A stretch of 63,544 nt of DNA, the filler included, from Chiloscyllium plagiosum (lineage: Eukaryota): the NCBI RefSeq assembly GCF_004010195.1. It is 4 parts of one record of this genome, joined end to end, with 100 filler letters (N's around TTAATTAATTAA, not from the genome) between each part and the next. Parts side by side here need not be neighbours in the genome. Positions count along the whole stretch, not along the records: positions 56,829 to 63,544 come from NC_057717.1; 3 more parts are not named here. One strand, given 5' to 3'. The notes below the pieces were generated by a model that saw only the letters and a list, made by a program, of their open reading frames with translations, made no database searches and was not told the DNA's origin. Position numbers and translations under genes: made by a program. Shown here in pieces: positions 62,250 through 63,544 of this stretch. Position 1 is the stretch's first letter, and each line of letters opens with the position of its first letter.

Positions 62250-63544
62250 AGGCCATTTGGCACAACAGGTCCACAGTATCAGTCCCATTTCTCTTCCGTG
62301 CAAAAGTAGAGGCAAACATCAAGAGCCTGGAAAGCTAACAATGATCAAACCACTGCAGTGTGCCTTATGTGCAGCGCTGTTCTAACCCATTATGTGTCAA
62401 TTTGCCTATTTGGAGATTTTAAAGAATCGATGAGTGAATTTTTGAAGCCAGGTATATTACTGATTCATCACATTGAGGACTTGTCTGGAAAACCACAGAT
62501 GCCTTGTCCTACACAAAGCAGGATATGTGCCATATGAATGTAGCATTATGCTTCAATGAGGATTCCCATAAATTTGCGACAGTTAATACCCATAAGGGGT
62601 GTAACCACTGTATTTGACTGCCTTTGTTTTGGGATATCATCAGCCAATGAATCGTTCCAGTGAATGGTCGAGAACTGTTTACAAGGTCTACCCATGGTCC
62701 CTATTTCTATGAAGATTTGCTAATCACTGGGAAGATCAATAAAGATCATTAATGTTTGTCCAAGACCTTAGGAAGGAAGAAAATGTGTTCCAAGGCACCC
62801 CAAGTGACATAACTGAGCTACTGTATGGACAAGTGGGTAAGACAGATTGAAAGATAAAGTATGGGCAACCGAGGGTTCATCGGCTCCCACGTCTGCATCG
62901 GAGCTTCAGTCTTTCCTTGGGTTGGCTAATTATTATGTAAAATTGTGTAATCACCTGGCTGCCATTTTCGCAGCTGAGATTGGATTAGATTACTTACAGT
63001 GTGGAAACAGGCCCTTCGGCCCAACAAGTCCACATCGACCCGCCAAAGCGCAACCCACCCATGCCCCTACAATTATCCCTTACGGGCAATTTCGCATGGT
63101 CAATTCACCTGCACATCTTTGGACTGTGGGAGGAAACCGGAGCACCCGGAGGAAACCCACGCAGACACGGGGAGAACATGCAAATTCCACACAGTCAGTC
63201 GCCTGAGGCAGGAATTGAACCTGGGTCTCTGGCGCTGTGAGGCAGCAGTGCTAACCACTGTGCCACCATGCCGCCCACCATTTGGTATTCAGAAAGGGCC
63301 TGCTTTGCAAATGCTCATGTCGCCAAGAAGAACCGTTATGGGAATTGAAAAAGCACCTATCATCATTTAATGCCTTGGCAGAGAATGATCTCCAGTCAGA
63401 TGTGGCACTGACGTACAAAGCGTCACCATATGGTATCCAGTTACTGCTGGCTCACCGACAAAGAGGACTGACTGATTAGTATGTACTTCCCAGAGTTTGG
63501 CTGATGCTGAATGAAAATGCATTCAGATGGAGATGGAAAGTTTG
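62250..63544 (+). mobile_element. Ty3/Gypsy pol remnant interrupted by a SINE
   Basis: FATVNTHKG, SAPTSASELQSFLGLANYY and ASPYGI motifs. Confidence 0.75.
62978..63276 (-). mobile_element. HE1-type SINE, full length
   Basis: Minus strand reads GGGCGGCATGGTGGCACAGTGGTTAGC...CAGGTTCAATTCC... with tail GTAATCTAATCCAATC. Confidence 0.93.

Overview
Vertebrate, repeat-dominated genomic DNA. The HE1-type SINEs and CR1/HER1-like LINEs point to an elasmobranch (shark or ray); this is inferred from repeat families, not from a database hit. The window is four pieces joined by an artificial linker (44 N + TTAATTAATTAA + 44 N, with the 12-mer at 10831, 36239 and 56773), so adjacency across those points is not biological. 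There is no intact protein-coding gene. The only host-gene sequence recognised is a GPR139-like class A GPCR pseudogene exon (minus strand, 12042-12951; in-frame stop plus frameshift). The rest is CR1-clade LINEs, an older CR1/L2-group LINE, RTE fragments, HE1 and other tRNA-derived SINEs, Ty3/Gypsy remnants, a decayed Harbinger-type Myb/SANT gene, several Penelope-like element (PLE) families, and tandem arrays with 31, 36, 40, 44, 59 and 65 bp units. The 65-bp array spans about 10 kb and has higher-order structure. The most notable signals are: (i) minimal type I hammerhead ribozyme motifs, including two tiny TSD-flanked inverted-repeat insertions that look like non-autonomous PLE or retrozyme-like elements; (ii) a ~7 kb inverted segmental duplication containing a template-switch scar; (iii) a 36-bp minisatellite that appears to have arisen from inside a LINE. 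Coordinates of degenerate repeats are approximate and were read by eye.
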